A stretch of DNA of 63,634 nt, the filler included, from Rhabdomonas costata (lineage: Eukaryota): the NCBI GenBank assembly GCA_019059605.1. It is 56 parts of 56 records of this genome, joined end to end, with 100 filler letters (N's around TTAATTAATTAA, not from the genome) between each part and the next. Parts side by side here need not be neighbours in the genome. Positions count along the whole stretch, not along the records: positions 50,088 to 51,119 come from JAHMHO010032061.1; positions 51,220 to 52,257 come from JAHMHO010032062.1; positions 52,358 to 53,394 come from JAHMHO010032063.1; positions 53,495 to 54,532 come from JAHMHO010032064.1; positions 54,633 to 55,670 come from JAHMHO010032065.1; positions 55,771 to 56,808 come from JAHMHO010032066.1; positions 56,909 to 57,946 come from JAHMHO010032067.1; positions 58,047 to 59,083 come from JAHMHO010032068.1; 48 more parts are not named here. One strand, written 5' to 3'. Of this stretch, positions 51,116 to 62,474 are shown piece by piece. A program made the position numbers and the translations under genes. The notes beneath the pieces were generated by a model. The model was given only the letters and a program-made list of their open reading frames with translations, did no database searches and was not told where the DNA came from. The stretch's first letter is position 1, and each line of letters starts with the position of its first letter.

Positions 51116-51545
51116 CAACNNNNNNNNNNNNNNNNNNNNNNNNNNNNNNNNNNNNNNNNNNNNTTAATTAATTAANNNNNNNNNNNNNNNNNNNNNNNNN
51201 NNNNNNNNNNNNNNNNNNNGTGTGGGTTGGGCTTAATTCGTACGGATTCATCTTCCTGCGACGAGGCGCCCGCTACGAACATCCAACGGCTTTGCGTGTG
51301 AAAACTCGCGTGGCGGGGTCAACGGATTCTGACAAAGCGTAAGGAGTAAGCCTATCGGAGTCTCAACCGGAGCAAAGAAAGGTTCAAAGTCTACTTCCCC
51401 TGCTTTTGAAAATATTGACTCACGTCATCAAAACGACAGCAGTACCGAGCGCGACTGCTTCACCGTGCGATGCGGGTTTCGTCTGCGCCGGTTGTGATGA
51501 GACGTAATCGGTGTGTGTTGCACCACTTACGTCTGATGCGTCACC

Positions 51546-52125
51546 TCAAAAAGATTTCGAACTAACGACAGTCATTGTGCGTTGTGAGACTACCACCTCT
51601 GAGTGAACTTTGACTGACGTGCGTTGCGCTGTTGTGGAACCCCCGTACAACCGCGACACAGAGTCACTGTCACGTGAGGTGCGGTGAGTGCCACTGTCAA
51701 GCGATACAAACTTGCTGTCACGTGCAATGCGGTCAGCAGGTGATGACAGTAACCCGCAGAAAACAGACCACCCGACCGACGTGCAATGCGCAGTCGTGGG
51801 ATCAAAGCCATCCGGAGCCACCTTCACGTGCGATGCGGTCGTTGCCTCTGCTGGACGATGCGACGACGCTGCCACGTGTGTTGCGGACATCAAAGCAGCA
51901 CAGGAAGCCGGAGCTGATGGATCGTGTGTTGCGACCGCCAACAAAGGTGCGGCCACCAAGGTGGTACGTTAGCGACTCTGACTGACATCAACTGCTTCAG
52001 ACGCTTGCGCGGTAGTTGCAGTTCAGTGACAAGGGCTTTGCTCATGAGGCAATCTGAAGGTCCTGAATCCAACAGGGCGGGCACTACATGTTTCCCAAAT
52101 GTAAGCGGTAGGAACAGTTGTGGCC
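51546..52125 (-). mobile_element. Degenerate LTR retrotransposon (Ty3/gypsy-like) aspartic protease region, frameshifted
   Basis: FLPLTFGKHVVPALLDSGPSDCLMSKALVTELQLP.....MSVRVAN is the retropepsin ALLDSGA...F.S...V..L.L motif; a frameshift follows VAN. Confidence 0.7.
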
Positions 52126-53513
52126 TCGGCGTTGTGGGGTCTGATCATTCTTCAATGGAAACTTGTCCGTATTGTGTTTCCATCAGCCATGGCAGTCATT
52201 CTTAACCTGGACTGTCTACCCCCCAGCAAGTAGAACAACCAATGGGACCCCCCGACANNNNNNNNNNNNNNNNNNNNNNNNNNNNNNNNNNNNNNNNNNN
52301 NTTAATTAATTAANNNNNNNNNNNNNNNNNNNNNNNNNNNNNNNNNNNNNNNNNNNNTGGGGGTGGGGGCGTTAAACGTTTGCGCCACCACATAAACAAC
52401 GTGGAGAGTTTTTGACGAACGTTCTTTACAAGTGAGTTACGCAGCGGGCAGATCACCCCGGCTTCGCTTGCAGTTAAGGTGAGAAGGAAGTATAAAGTTT
52501 GTACAGAAAAATACCGGGCAATGTGCTCTCGTTTACCAGCTGTATTATTTTGGTCGTCTTAGCGATGCAACGCCTCTTCACCCCCTTGGTTGGGATCAGC
52601 TGACCTGGTGCACAACATCGGTGTCCTTGGGGGCGAAGCTGACTCGGGCTGCCCCCTCCCCAGTCTGAGCGCTTGTGCGGGTGGTCCACGCCCGGATGGT
52701 GGCTTGGACAAAGCTCTTTGTAGAGCGCTCGCGATCACAAATCTTCTCCCACAGGTTCTCTGCGAAAACCGTGAAAATCATCAAAATGGCACGAGGGGCT
52801 GGTCTGTGAACTCCGACGCACCAGCTCACTTTGAAAAAGGGGTCCCACTTCACAGCACTTCAGAGGAATGCCATTGTACAGTTTCTGTGATTCCGGGCTG
52901 CGCGGAGTAGAACGAAACGGATTTCATGATCGCGAATTTCATTGCGATTCTCATGCAACAGCATCATAGTTGCATCCTGTCCCTCAACCCAGGAAGCCGC
53001 TCACCCCGGGTTGTCAACCCGGGTTCATATGCCCAAGTCACTGCAGAGAGATAAATACCTGCTCGAAAAGCAACCATTTGCTCATTTTCTCATTATGTTG
53101 GTATGAGGGCAGTTGCCCGATATCCATGCCGCGCATACCCTTATTCATGAAATCAGTATTCATGAAATTCCTTCTGTTCCATTCTCGTTGCGAAGTTTAT
53201 TTATTTGCTCACCCAGCAGCGTGCTTCCGAATGTTTATGCGAATGTCCCACAGGGTTCCAGGAGCTGGCAGCGGTGGGAGGAAATGGTCTGCCAACCTAA
53301 CAGGGAAAATTTGACTGAAGTTTTCAGCCCACCTCTTCTCCGGGATCTTGCATGGGACATTGCTTGGCCACAGCAAAACCCCTTCCCCCACCACNNNNNN
53401 NNNNNNNNNNNNNNNNNNNNNNNNNNNNNNNNNNNNNNTTAATTAATTAANNNNNNNNNNNNNNNNNNNNNNNNNNNNNNNNNNNNNNNNNNNNGGTTGG
53501 GGGGGGGGGCAAC

Positions 53514-53667
53514 CTTTATGCAGAAGCTTCTGCTGTTCTGGGGCAACCCCGAGGACCTCATGCAGGTGAAGCTTCAGCTGTGCCACGGTGGCCACAGGAG
53601 AGAATTCCACAGGTATGGCCTGCTTGCCGTGCTTCACAGTGAACCGCAGGGGCACCTGCTCCTCCAT
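53514..53667 (-). CDS. N-terminal ubiquitin-like domain protein (UBFD1/UBLCP1-like), first exon
   Basis: MEEQVPLRFTVKHGKQAIPVEFSPVATVAQLKLHLHEVLGVAPEQQKLLHKG followed by a GT donor. Confidence 0.85.
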
Positions 53668-54805
53668 TGGCTTGAGTGACCAGCAAACCACCAAACCAGC
53701 AGCACAAGCTGCGAAGGAGCGCGAAGGAGCAACATATGCAGACATTATCCACACATATTTCACACGTATTTCGAGGCCGAAAAAGTACTGCGCCAGGTAG
53801 GCTATCGTCTGGGGGGGCATTTTCGGTTGGGAATGAAGCTTGTCCGAGGCATGTAGTTTTGGTGAAGAGGCGTGTGCTATACTGTCAGAAGCTAAAAATC
53901 AAAGGTCAACCGGAAGCATGAAGTTCCTTGCAGCTTTTATCGTTGGCAACACAAAGATGCTCACGCCCGCCCAAACATAAATCGCACAGATTCCACTGAT
54001 ACTGGGAGACAGCAATGGACATTTTTATTTCATTAACTATTACATTTTAGTGAGAGACGCATAATGGCAAACCCCAAACGGTGATCTGGCAAGACAAAAT
54101 TATTGAAAACATTAATAAAAACCTCAATTCTGCGACACTGCTGTCCAGATACCGCGCTTACTGCATGGTATTTTGCCCAAAATTTTATACCCTCCAAATA
54201 AATCGCTATTAAGTGGAAAAGTGTTTGCTTTGGCAATGCCATGCCAAAGTAAAAAGTTCGTGAAATAAAATGTCCACAATGTCCAATAAAACGTCCATGA
54301 CGATATTATGTATCAGCGACGAAACCCAGCGCATAACCCGCACATGCCCAAGCCGATGTGCAAGCCCATGCTGACAGCCCACGTACATTGACGTACATTG
54401 ACAACAGCAACATACAAGCGGTCAGCACTGTGCAAACATGCGCGAGCTTATCATGCCAAAAACCCACAAGATAGCTTACAACGACACGTGCCCACTGAAG
54501 GCGATCCTCTCTCTCCGCAGGCCCCACACCCCNNNNNNNNNNNNNNNNNNNNNNNNNNNNNNNNNNNNNNNNNNNNTTAATTAATTAANNNNNNNNNNNN
54601 NNNNNNNNNNNNNNNNNNNNNNNNNNNNNNNNGGTGTGGGTGTTTGAAGGGGAGGTGACCTACACCAACGTGGCTGAGGACGGGGAGATGGGCAGTTGTT
54701 CCACTCTGCCGTTTTCAGTGAGGACCTTGCGAGCTCGCAGGGCTTCGTCTCTCTTTCCCTTTCTCTTTCTCTTTCTCTTTCTCCTTCTCCTTCTCTGTGC
54801 TGCAG

Positions 54806-55670
54806 GCGGGGTTCACGGATTGGAGCCGCTCCGACTACTATCGCTTTGTCAAGGCCGTCACTGTGCATGGCCGGAATAACTTGGAGGTGTGCTTGAGATG
54901 GCTTTAAAAGCACCTTTGCGAAGTAACCTTCCAAAGAGCACTCCCCACTATAATGTTTCACACTGCAGAGAATCTAGTGCCTGTGATGCATAATACCGCC
55001 CTTTTCCTCTCTCTCCGTCTGCGTGCACTTGATTTCGGCTCATGTGGAGGCGAGCATGAAATTGAAGCGCGTGAAGCCTCTTCTGCTGCCACTGCGCATC
55101 TCTAACTCTTTCAAGGGTTCTGCTTGCTATCTCAGGAGGTTGCCAAGGCGCTTCCGGAGAAACCCCGGGAGGAAGTGGCACGGTACTCTGAGGTCTTCTG
55201 GAAGGTGGGACCACGATTACTTCCAGGCATATGTGCATTATATTTCTTGTTGTGCCCTTTGGTGATGAGGACGCCTCCCTCCACCCGTTGTGGAACTCGG
55301 TTTCGGAGGCATGAGGTTGGATGTTAACGGTCCGCGCTAGCGCACCTCCCGCAACCGCGTCGACAATTCAGTCTCGTGAACAACACGATCTTCACCCACC
55401 CCTCTTGACGTTCTTATAATAATTTTCGTGAATTTGAATAATGTGTGGCCAGCCGTAAAAGAAAAAAGACATGAAGTGGTTGCTCTGCCCCCACTGGAGC
55501 CCTACAGACCGCAAGACGTGCAAAACTTCCGAACCTCCACCGGTTTGGTCCAGCATGAGGGTTCACACACTCGCACAGATTTTTCTTTTTGCTTTCTTCC
55601 CTGTCCTTTGGTGCAGAGTGGGCTCGAATTACTGCCAGGATCGAGGCTGTGGAGGCGGGGCAGGCTCGCC
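54806..55670 (+). CDS. ISWI-family chromatin remodeller, SANT region, three exons (second intron GC-AG)
   Basis: Exons 54806-54886, 55136-55226 and 55617-55670 give AGFTDWSRSDYYRFVKAVTVHGRNNLE-EVAKALPEKPREEVARYSEVFWKVGPRLLP-E-WARITARIEAVEAGQAR, compared with ISWI GFTNW.KRDF.QFIKA.EKYGR.D...IA.EVEGK.PEEV..YS.VFW...IEKI..QIE.GEA. Confidence 0.88.
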
Positions 55671-58600
55671 NNNNNNNNNNNNNNNNNNNNNNNNNNNNNN
55701 NNNNNNNNNNNNNNTTAATTAATTAANNNNNNNNNNNNNNNNNNNNNNNNNNNNNNNNNNNNNNNNNNNNGTGGTGTTGGGAACGTACAGCCGCGATAAA
55801 AGCGGTCATGAAGACAGGCCAGCACTCTCAAAATGACTTTTTTGTGTAGGGCCAGTGCCCTCTGGATGATTGTTTTTGCTTGGTAGCTGAAAACTAGCTG
55901 AGGACTCACCAATGGCTGGGATATGGCTATCGGAGGCCAGTCCGCGACGTGGCCGGAGGGGGCGGCTGGGACGGGTACGTGACCTGGGGCCTTTGGGGGC
56001 TTTTTGAAAACATGCCCCCATTGAAAAATTGTCACCAGTGGTTACCGTTACCGCCGCCGGTTACCACCGCCCCCTCCCCCACTCCCGTTGCACCCACAGA
56101 GGTGATGCTGACAGAACCAGAAACCAAAAGAGTGTTCGCGTTGCATTCTGGTGCACAGCAAGAGTGCTGGGCAACTAGAAGTGCACACCACAAATAATTA
56201 GTGACTCACCTCAGGCAAAACAAAAATGCTGAGGAGCGCAGAGAAAACAGACAAGAGAAAATGTGCTCACCGAAGGCGCTTTCTCCCTCCTCTTAGTTTA
56301 TAACTGAAGATCGACAGCGCGGTGCATAGGACTGATAGTCGTCTGGGATGTGTGCACTCGTCCAAGTCAGCCATGGCATTGGATTGCAACACAATTCCCC
56401 TTCCTCGGGGAGTCCAGCGACCCCGGCCTCGAAGACCTGGTTATTGTGAACAAACATTGCTGGGGAAATACACCAAGAGGGCAGAGCATTCGCGCACGGA
56501 AACCAGGTGTGCCTGCTCCAACCGCGTGACGACCAGTGGACCAGTGGGTCCGATTACCAAAGGTAATTACCGATTACCACAGGTGACAGTGGCGATCATG
56601 AATGCCCGCCCCACCAATGCCTTTGCACCCTTGCACCCGTGGGCCATGATACAATGTACGCATTTGGCCGGCAGGACTCCCACCGATATGCATCCGGCCG
56701 ATCACGCCCCACTACCCCCGTGCACCGCAGGCAAAATCTCACAAAGGCATCCACTTTGCGGCTGCCACTCGCTCTTCGCCTCGAACATTCTGCACCAAAT
56801 ACCCAACCNNNNNNNNNNNNNNNNNNNNNNNNNNNNNNNNNNNNNNNNNNNNTTAATTAATTAANNNNNNNNNNNNNNNNNNNNNNNNNNNNNNNNNNNN
56901 NNNNNNNNTTTGTTGGTTTGCTCCATGTATGCTGACTCTGTCACATTCACACTCGCATTGACTACTTTCATGATCATGTTTATGTTAATTTTTGTATGCG
57001 TTCTTTCAGTCACGGTTTACATTTTCTCCTTACTCGCTGCGCTCGTAATGTCAGTCATGTTCACTTCTTGGGTGTACTGAGTGGCCCAACGCATGTGATG
57101 GAGATGAGATGCTGATTGGTAAATTCCTCCATGTGTGCATGGGTGATGTGATGATGAGTGGGCGTGGGGACACAGAGAGCTCTTATCTTGTCGTAATGTC
57201 AATACGTTTTGTCACTCACTAGATGCAGTGGTTCTTCACTCCACAGCTGATGCGCTTCTGTTCATCACCTGTCACTATGTCGCATGCTCGGTGCTTCGCA
57301 TACTCCAATTATGAGAAAAGAAGAAGATATGTCTGGATGTAACTACTCTCCATGCCTCTTTATTTCCTGGTCGCTAGCTGCGCCCGCTCCCCCTCTTTGT
57401 TTTCTTTCTGTCGATCAGGTTGACATGGTTTGCTTCCCACCATAAGGTGGTACGCCCCCAGAACACAGCAAAAGTGTAAGGGTACGTCGCGTTTCTCCAT
57501 CACACTTAGATGTTGATGAAGGTTCGCTCCATCACCACAAGATGATTCCACTCACTGGGTCACGCTCATTTATACCACTGATGATAAATCTGACGCAAAT
57601 GATTCGTTCATTAGTCAGAATATTGTGCACCTTTTGCAGGCACACCAGCTTCGACAAAATTTGACTGTTAGAGTTGCATTTTACAAGGTTTACAAGTGAT
57701 TTATTTCGTTAAAGTAGAAATCTTGGTCAGTTAAGTTTTAAAAACTTCACTTGATTAATACCAATAAATATTTACATGGTAGAGACAAATACTTCCGTAC
57801 ACGTTGTCATTGGCTATCAGTTTTTAACTCTTTTTCAGTAACAGTTTGACTGGAAAAATGTGATATTTTGAATGAATGACGTGATACAAAAAATTTCAGC
57901 ATACACAGCGGCATAATAAGTTGGCATTAACTGCCACCCAACCCCCNNNNNNNNNNNNNNNNNNNNNNNNNNNNNNNNNNNNNNNNNNNNTTAATTAATT
58001 AANNNNNNNNNNNNNNNNNNNNNNNNNNNNNNNNNNNNNNNNNNNNGGGGGTTGTGCTATGTGATTCTTTGTGATAGAAGATTTATGCGTGAGTTGTTTC
58101 GGACCTCTGCCGATGGCTCGCCGTTTCATGGTGAATCCGCCGGCGGGGGTGGTCTTGGTGGCCTTTGGATGGGGCCTGTACTGTGTGGTGCCTTTCTGGG
58201 GAGGATATTTTCGGGTTTGGTTGGCGCACAGATCGCGTCTTGCCTTTGTTTCAACTACGGGTTCCCTTGCCCGTTCTTTCATGCGCTGTAGCTTTGCGCT
58301 TGCCCACAATGTGTCTTGTGCCTGCCCTCTTTCCACACACCCATACTCGTGCTGCTGCGCGGGTAATTAACTTTTTTCCTGCTTGGTTTTCTTGCCCTGC
58401 TTGTAAATAACCTCTCTCTTTTTCAGGCGATTCGGCGCTGGCTGGGAGACGGTTGGCCCGGTCCTTTTCTGCGATCCTTCCATCTCCGTCCTCTTTTTGT
58501 GTGCGCGCTGGAGTTACGAATGAAACGAAAGAGAATGCGCTGCGGTTGGGCCTATATCATTGTGCCCCCCATCATGCCCCCAAGGGGACGGTCCCGAACT

Positions 58601-59183
58601 GGTCCCTGCTTTGGGTTTGCCTTTGGCTTGCTCTTTTCAAACATGGCGAGGTATGTGGGGTTTAAGAGGGGAGGGTCCTATCCTACACTCAAACTCAGGC
58701 GCTTTTAACACTTGAAATTTGATCCGATGTTTGATGGACAAAAGATCCGATATTCAGTCCGAGAGTCACAATTGTCATCTGCTTCAATTTCATAAGATAC
58801 TCCACTGCCATTCCAGCGTTTTCCTGCGCTACCTTACCCCCGAACGTGGACGCCTGGTGTCTCAGATGGTGAAGATGCAGGGTAGCAATGACGGCAATGA
58901 GGACAATGAGGGCAATTGCTTCTTTTGCTCCCCTTCTCAACTACAGTGTCTACTTCTCCGTGTTTTCTTCTTCTTCCCTGTCTCCACATCTCCCACATTC
59001 CCCTCCCCCGAAAAGGATGTCCGTCGGACCCTCTTCCTCCCGCGTCACCCTTGGAAAGTACACCCACCACACACACCCACCACNNNNNNNNNNNNNNNNN
59101 NNNNNNNNNNNNNNNNNNNNNNNNNNNTTAATTAATTAANNNNNNNNNNNNNNNNNNNNNNNNNNNNNNNNNNNNNNNNNNNN

Positions 59184-59984
59184 GGGTGTGGGGCGACTGC
59201 CCGTGCCCACGTAAACGGCAAGGGCAGTCGCCCCAGAAGGCCGCCGGAACACGTCACCATGGACGACCTTCCAGCCGGTCTCGTCCTGGAACAAAAGAGC
59301 CCAAACACGTTGCACTCCTTTGCTCGCTAGCAGTCAATCAGGTTGGGAGGGACCATTAGTGACTAACACCTCCAAGTCAAGAGGCCGAAAAAAAACTTCC
59401 GATCCGAAAAGTAACGCACATATAAGCAGACTATGGAAGCTGGGGTACGCTCAGTGGGGCATATTCTATTGAACAAGCAATGATACAAAACCATTGGAGG
59501 AGTCAAGGCAGTGGTGTGAGGTGAAGTGTGGCCATACCAGAGGGAGATCATCCCCTTCTAGAGCAGCCAGGTTGTAACGGGTAAGGTCACGGTGCAGAGC
59601 TCGCAGCAAAATCATCGCTATGAGCAAACTTAGCATCAGCACTAAGAAGGTGGAAGCAGAAAACAGTTGCTGCAGGGGTACCCAAAGAAAGAAGGAGAAA
59701 GAGTCTTTCTTTTTGATGGCAAACCGTATTGGATGTGGGACTGGCGACCGACGAATGGATAAAAATGGGGAAAGGGAACCCAGGGAAGTTCGAGAACTTA
59801 GTCCCAAGAGGAAATATTCCCTTAGCGGGCAATAGGATTGGCAGCAGCTTCCCCACACGTACCTATCAGAAGCGAGTTCACGATGGCGAACCAGTGGATG
59901 TTGGAGACACTGGCGTCCGAAGAGCGGAGGTAATGGTCCCACCGACTGGTCCACGCCACGGTGGGGTCTTCAACCCACTCTAAG
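59184..59984 (-). CDS. TM9SF/nonaspanin (EMP70) family protein, three exons
   Basis: Exons 59984-59863 (WTSRWDHYL...IHWFAIVNSLLI), 59641-59538 (VLMLSLLIAMILLRALHRDLTRYN) and 59285-59184 (DETGWKVVHGDVFRRP). Confidence 0.95.
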
Positions 59985-60341
59985 CTGCGCACACAAAACG
60001 ACGGGTACGGTTGGAAGAGGGTGAGCAAGATTCCGAGCTCGAAGACATGCTGCCCGTGCCACTTCAAAAATAAAAATAAAAATTAGCAATCAAAAAGCTC
60101 TTCCTCGCACTTTTGCTTTCTCGTGGAGTCTGGGTCTCTCAGCACCCGAGACGTCAGCGCACGAATCCCCCCCACCCCGAAAAACTGGCGAATTGTCCCC
60201 GTCTTGTCCACGGCCCACANNNNNNNNNNNNNNNNNNNNNNNNNNNNNNNNNNNNNNNNNNNNTTAATTAATTAANNNNNNNNNNNNNNNNNNNNNNNNN
60301 NNNNNNNNNNNNNNNNNNNCCGGTGTCCCTTTTCTCTAAAG

Positions 60342-61324
60342 GTGTTGGGGCCACTGCTGGCCCAGGCCATGCTATTGCAGCAGCTGGCGGTGCACTACCG
60401 CACCCCCGTCATCGTGGGTACGCGTTTTTTGTCTTGGGCACGATTCATTTCATTCATTGTTCTCAATAAGCCCGTCAATAAGCCCGTCAAGTGTTACCCT
60501 TTCCTCACGGGATGCTGGAGTCTCGCGCTGGTTGCAAGGACCTCTGCTGAGCAGGACAGGGGCCATTCGCATCCCATCGTGTGTGTGTGTGTGTCCCAAC
60601 GAACTTGTCTTGTGTGAGCAATGGGTGTGCCTACGTGCATGCAGATGAGTCGGTGCACGACAGTGGTCCTCGGGATGCGCTGTTCCTGTTGGACGTGGTA
60701 CGCAACTCCCGGTGCTGGGAGACCCGCTCCGTCAGTGTTTACCAGCTGATTCCTGAGGCCATGGTGGGCGGACCCGAGTTCGAGGGCATGCGCGCGCGCT
60801 TGCCCCTGTGGTGTCTTTTGATATCATGCCCGTCACAGTCTGTCCGAACCTCCGCTCAGTCCGTGTGCTCGCCGCCCAGCACACCAGAGCTGACGCCAAA
60901 GTCGAGGGATTCAGCTCCGCAAGAGTTATTGGGGTAACCTGTTGATGTAAAGACAGAAAGTGATGCCCAGGGTGTGAGCAGTCGCGGTTGCGTGGCACAA
61001 AACATGAAGGATGCGGGGCGCTGAACAACAGAAGCTTTTACCCTCCCCCTCTCGCTGTGGCATCATTTTTCTTGATAGCCAATGAAATTTACGTAAAAGG
61101 AGCGGTGCACGTGCACAACCCCCCGAGCCATTCTGCCGGAAATCCTGCAGAAATGGACCTGCCTGTGGGCCAGGGTTCATATCTTCGCCTGCTGTGACCC
61201 GAACTGGTCACCTCTTAACTTTCTCCAGGAGAGTGGCTGTATGCCTTCACGAAAAGCTCGACCGTGGAAGTCGCGACGGCTCTGCACGGGCTGTGGGCGA
61301 AATGTGTACAGGCCTTTTACAAGG
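60342..61324 (+). CDS. Class III nucleotide cyclase-like domain C-terminal part (degenerate), three exons (second intron GC-AG)
   Basis: Exons 60342-60417, 60645-60785 and 61229-61324 give VLGPLLAQAMLLQQLAVHYRTPVIV-D-ESVH...LLDVVR...VSVYQLIPE...FE-G-EWLYAF...AFYKG, following the cyclase pattern V.G..VN.A.RL..L......I.V...LD.V...VYEL...EWMY. Confidence 0.65.
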
Positions 61325-61817
61325 GTGCGCCCTGTGCCCCCCCCAACCCCACAACACNNNNNNNNNNNNNNNNNNNNNNNNNNNNNNNNNNNNNNNNNNN
61401 NTTAATTAATTAANNNNNNNNNNNNNNNNNNNNNNNNNNNNNNNNNNNNNNNNNNNNGGCTAGTCCAGCTTGATTAGAGCAATGCAGAAAAAAATGCCAA
61501 GAACTGCACAAAGAAGTACAAAAAAGAATGCATACCGAACCGAAATTTCGCCCGGGATCCGTTTTGCCCGCATCACAAGCACCGCTTTACCGGCTTTACG
61601 GCAGGCTTTAAGTAGTATTTGGGGGCTTCCTTGGCTCTCAGCTTTTCCGGCAGCCACACACGCTCTCATAGAGGTAATTGCTTTTTTTTAGGGTGTGTTG
61701 GGCGCATTGCGCGCTGGTTGTTGGTGACCACTGGGGACTGGCGCACGCGCTGTTGGCCACGGGTGCTCGCGATAAGTGCCGTTGGAGCGAACGGTGCCGT
61801 GGGGAACCGAAATCGGC

Positions 61818-62474
61818 TCACCGCCGAACGTTCCACATATGGTAACCTCCCTTCGGCCCCACGGGTCCGGGCCATTGTTGCGAAGCTGCTCTTTTCCACC
61901 GGCTACCTGCATTGCTCCATTGCGGCTCAGGTCTCTGCGATTCCACACTCCTTCCTTGGGGGGCTGGGGTCTTTTCTCGTGGGAACGCCCCTTGGAGCTT
62001 TTCTTTCGGATGGGTGAACGGGGAGCACCGGTATCTACAGGCGTCGCCGTGCCAGCACCTCGCTCTATCGTTGCGTTGCGGGCTATTCCTGCCCTCTTTC
62101 GCTGAGCCTCCGGTACCTCGAGGCTGCCTCACTGACTGCTTGCCCTGGTGGGTCTGCGAGTACCTTGGCTTCCCGTTGGCCCTAGCATAAGGGCTTTGAT
62201 TTCTTGCGACACTCGATGGTCCGCTTTTACTTTTGCACACTGGGTCCGTCTCTACGCGGGATCGTTTTAGGTGCTCCTCCCTTGGGTGCACAAAGGGACA
62301 CCGTTGGAACTGGCATGCCATTCCGTGCCAGCATCGCACTCTTGGGGCACGCGTGCTCGTTTTCCACCTGCTTTCGGCTGCGGCTTTCGTGTCACGCCCC
62401 TGGGAGTGTCGGGGGTCCCTTTCCTGCCGTCGGCCTCTCCTGCTCTGCGTCTCTGTTCTTCCTGGATGCTCCAT
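61818..62474 (-). CDS. Basic low-complexity protein with two CCCH zinc fingers (Nab2-type spacing)
   Basis: CWHGMACQFQRCPFVH (C-x5-C-x4-C-x3-H) and CWHGDACRYRCSPFTH; no introns seen. Confidence 0.6.
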   Translation of the reverse strand: MEHPGRTETQSRRGRRQERDPRHSQGRDTKAAAESRWKTSTRAPRVRCWHGMACQFQRCPFVHPREEHLKRSRVETDPVCKSKSGPSSVARNQSPYARANGKPRYSQTHQGKQSVRQPRGTGGSAKEGRNSPQRNDRARCWHGDACRYRCSPFTHPKEKLQGAFPREKTPAPQGRSVESQRPEPQWSNAGSRWKRAASQQWPGPVGPKGGYHMWNVRR

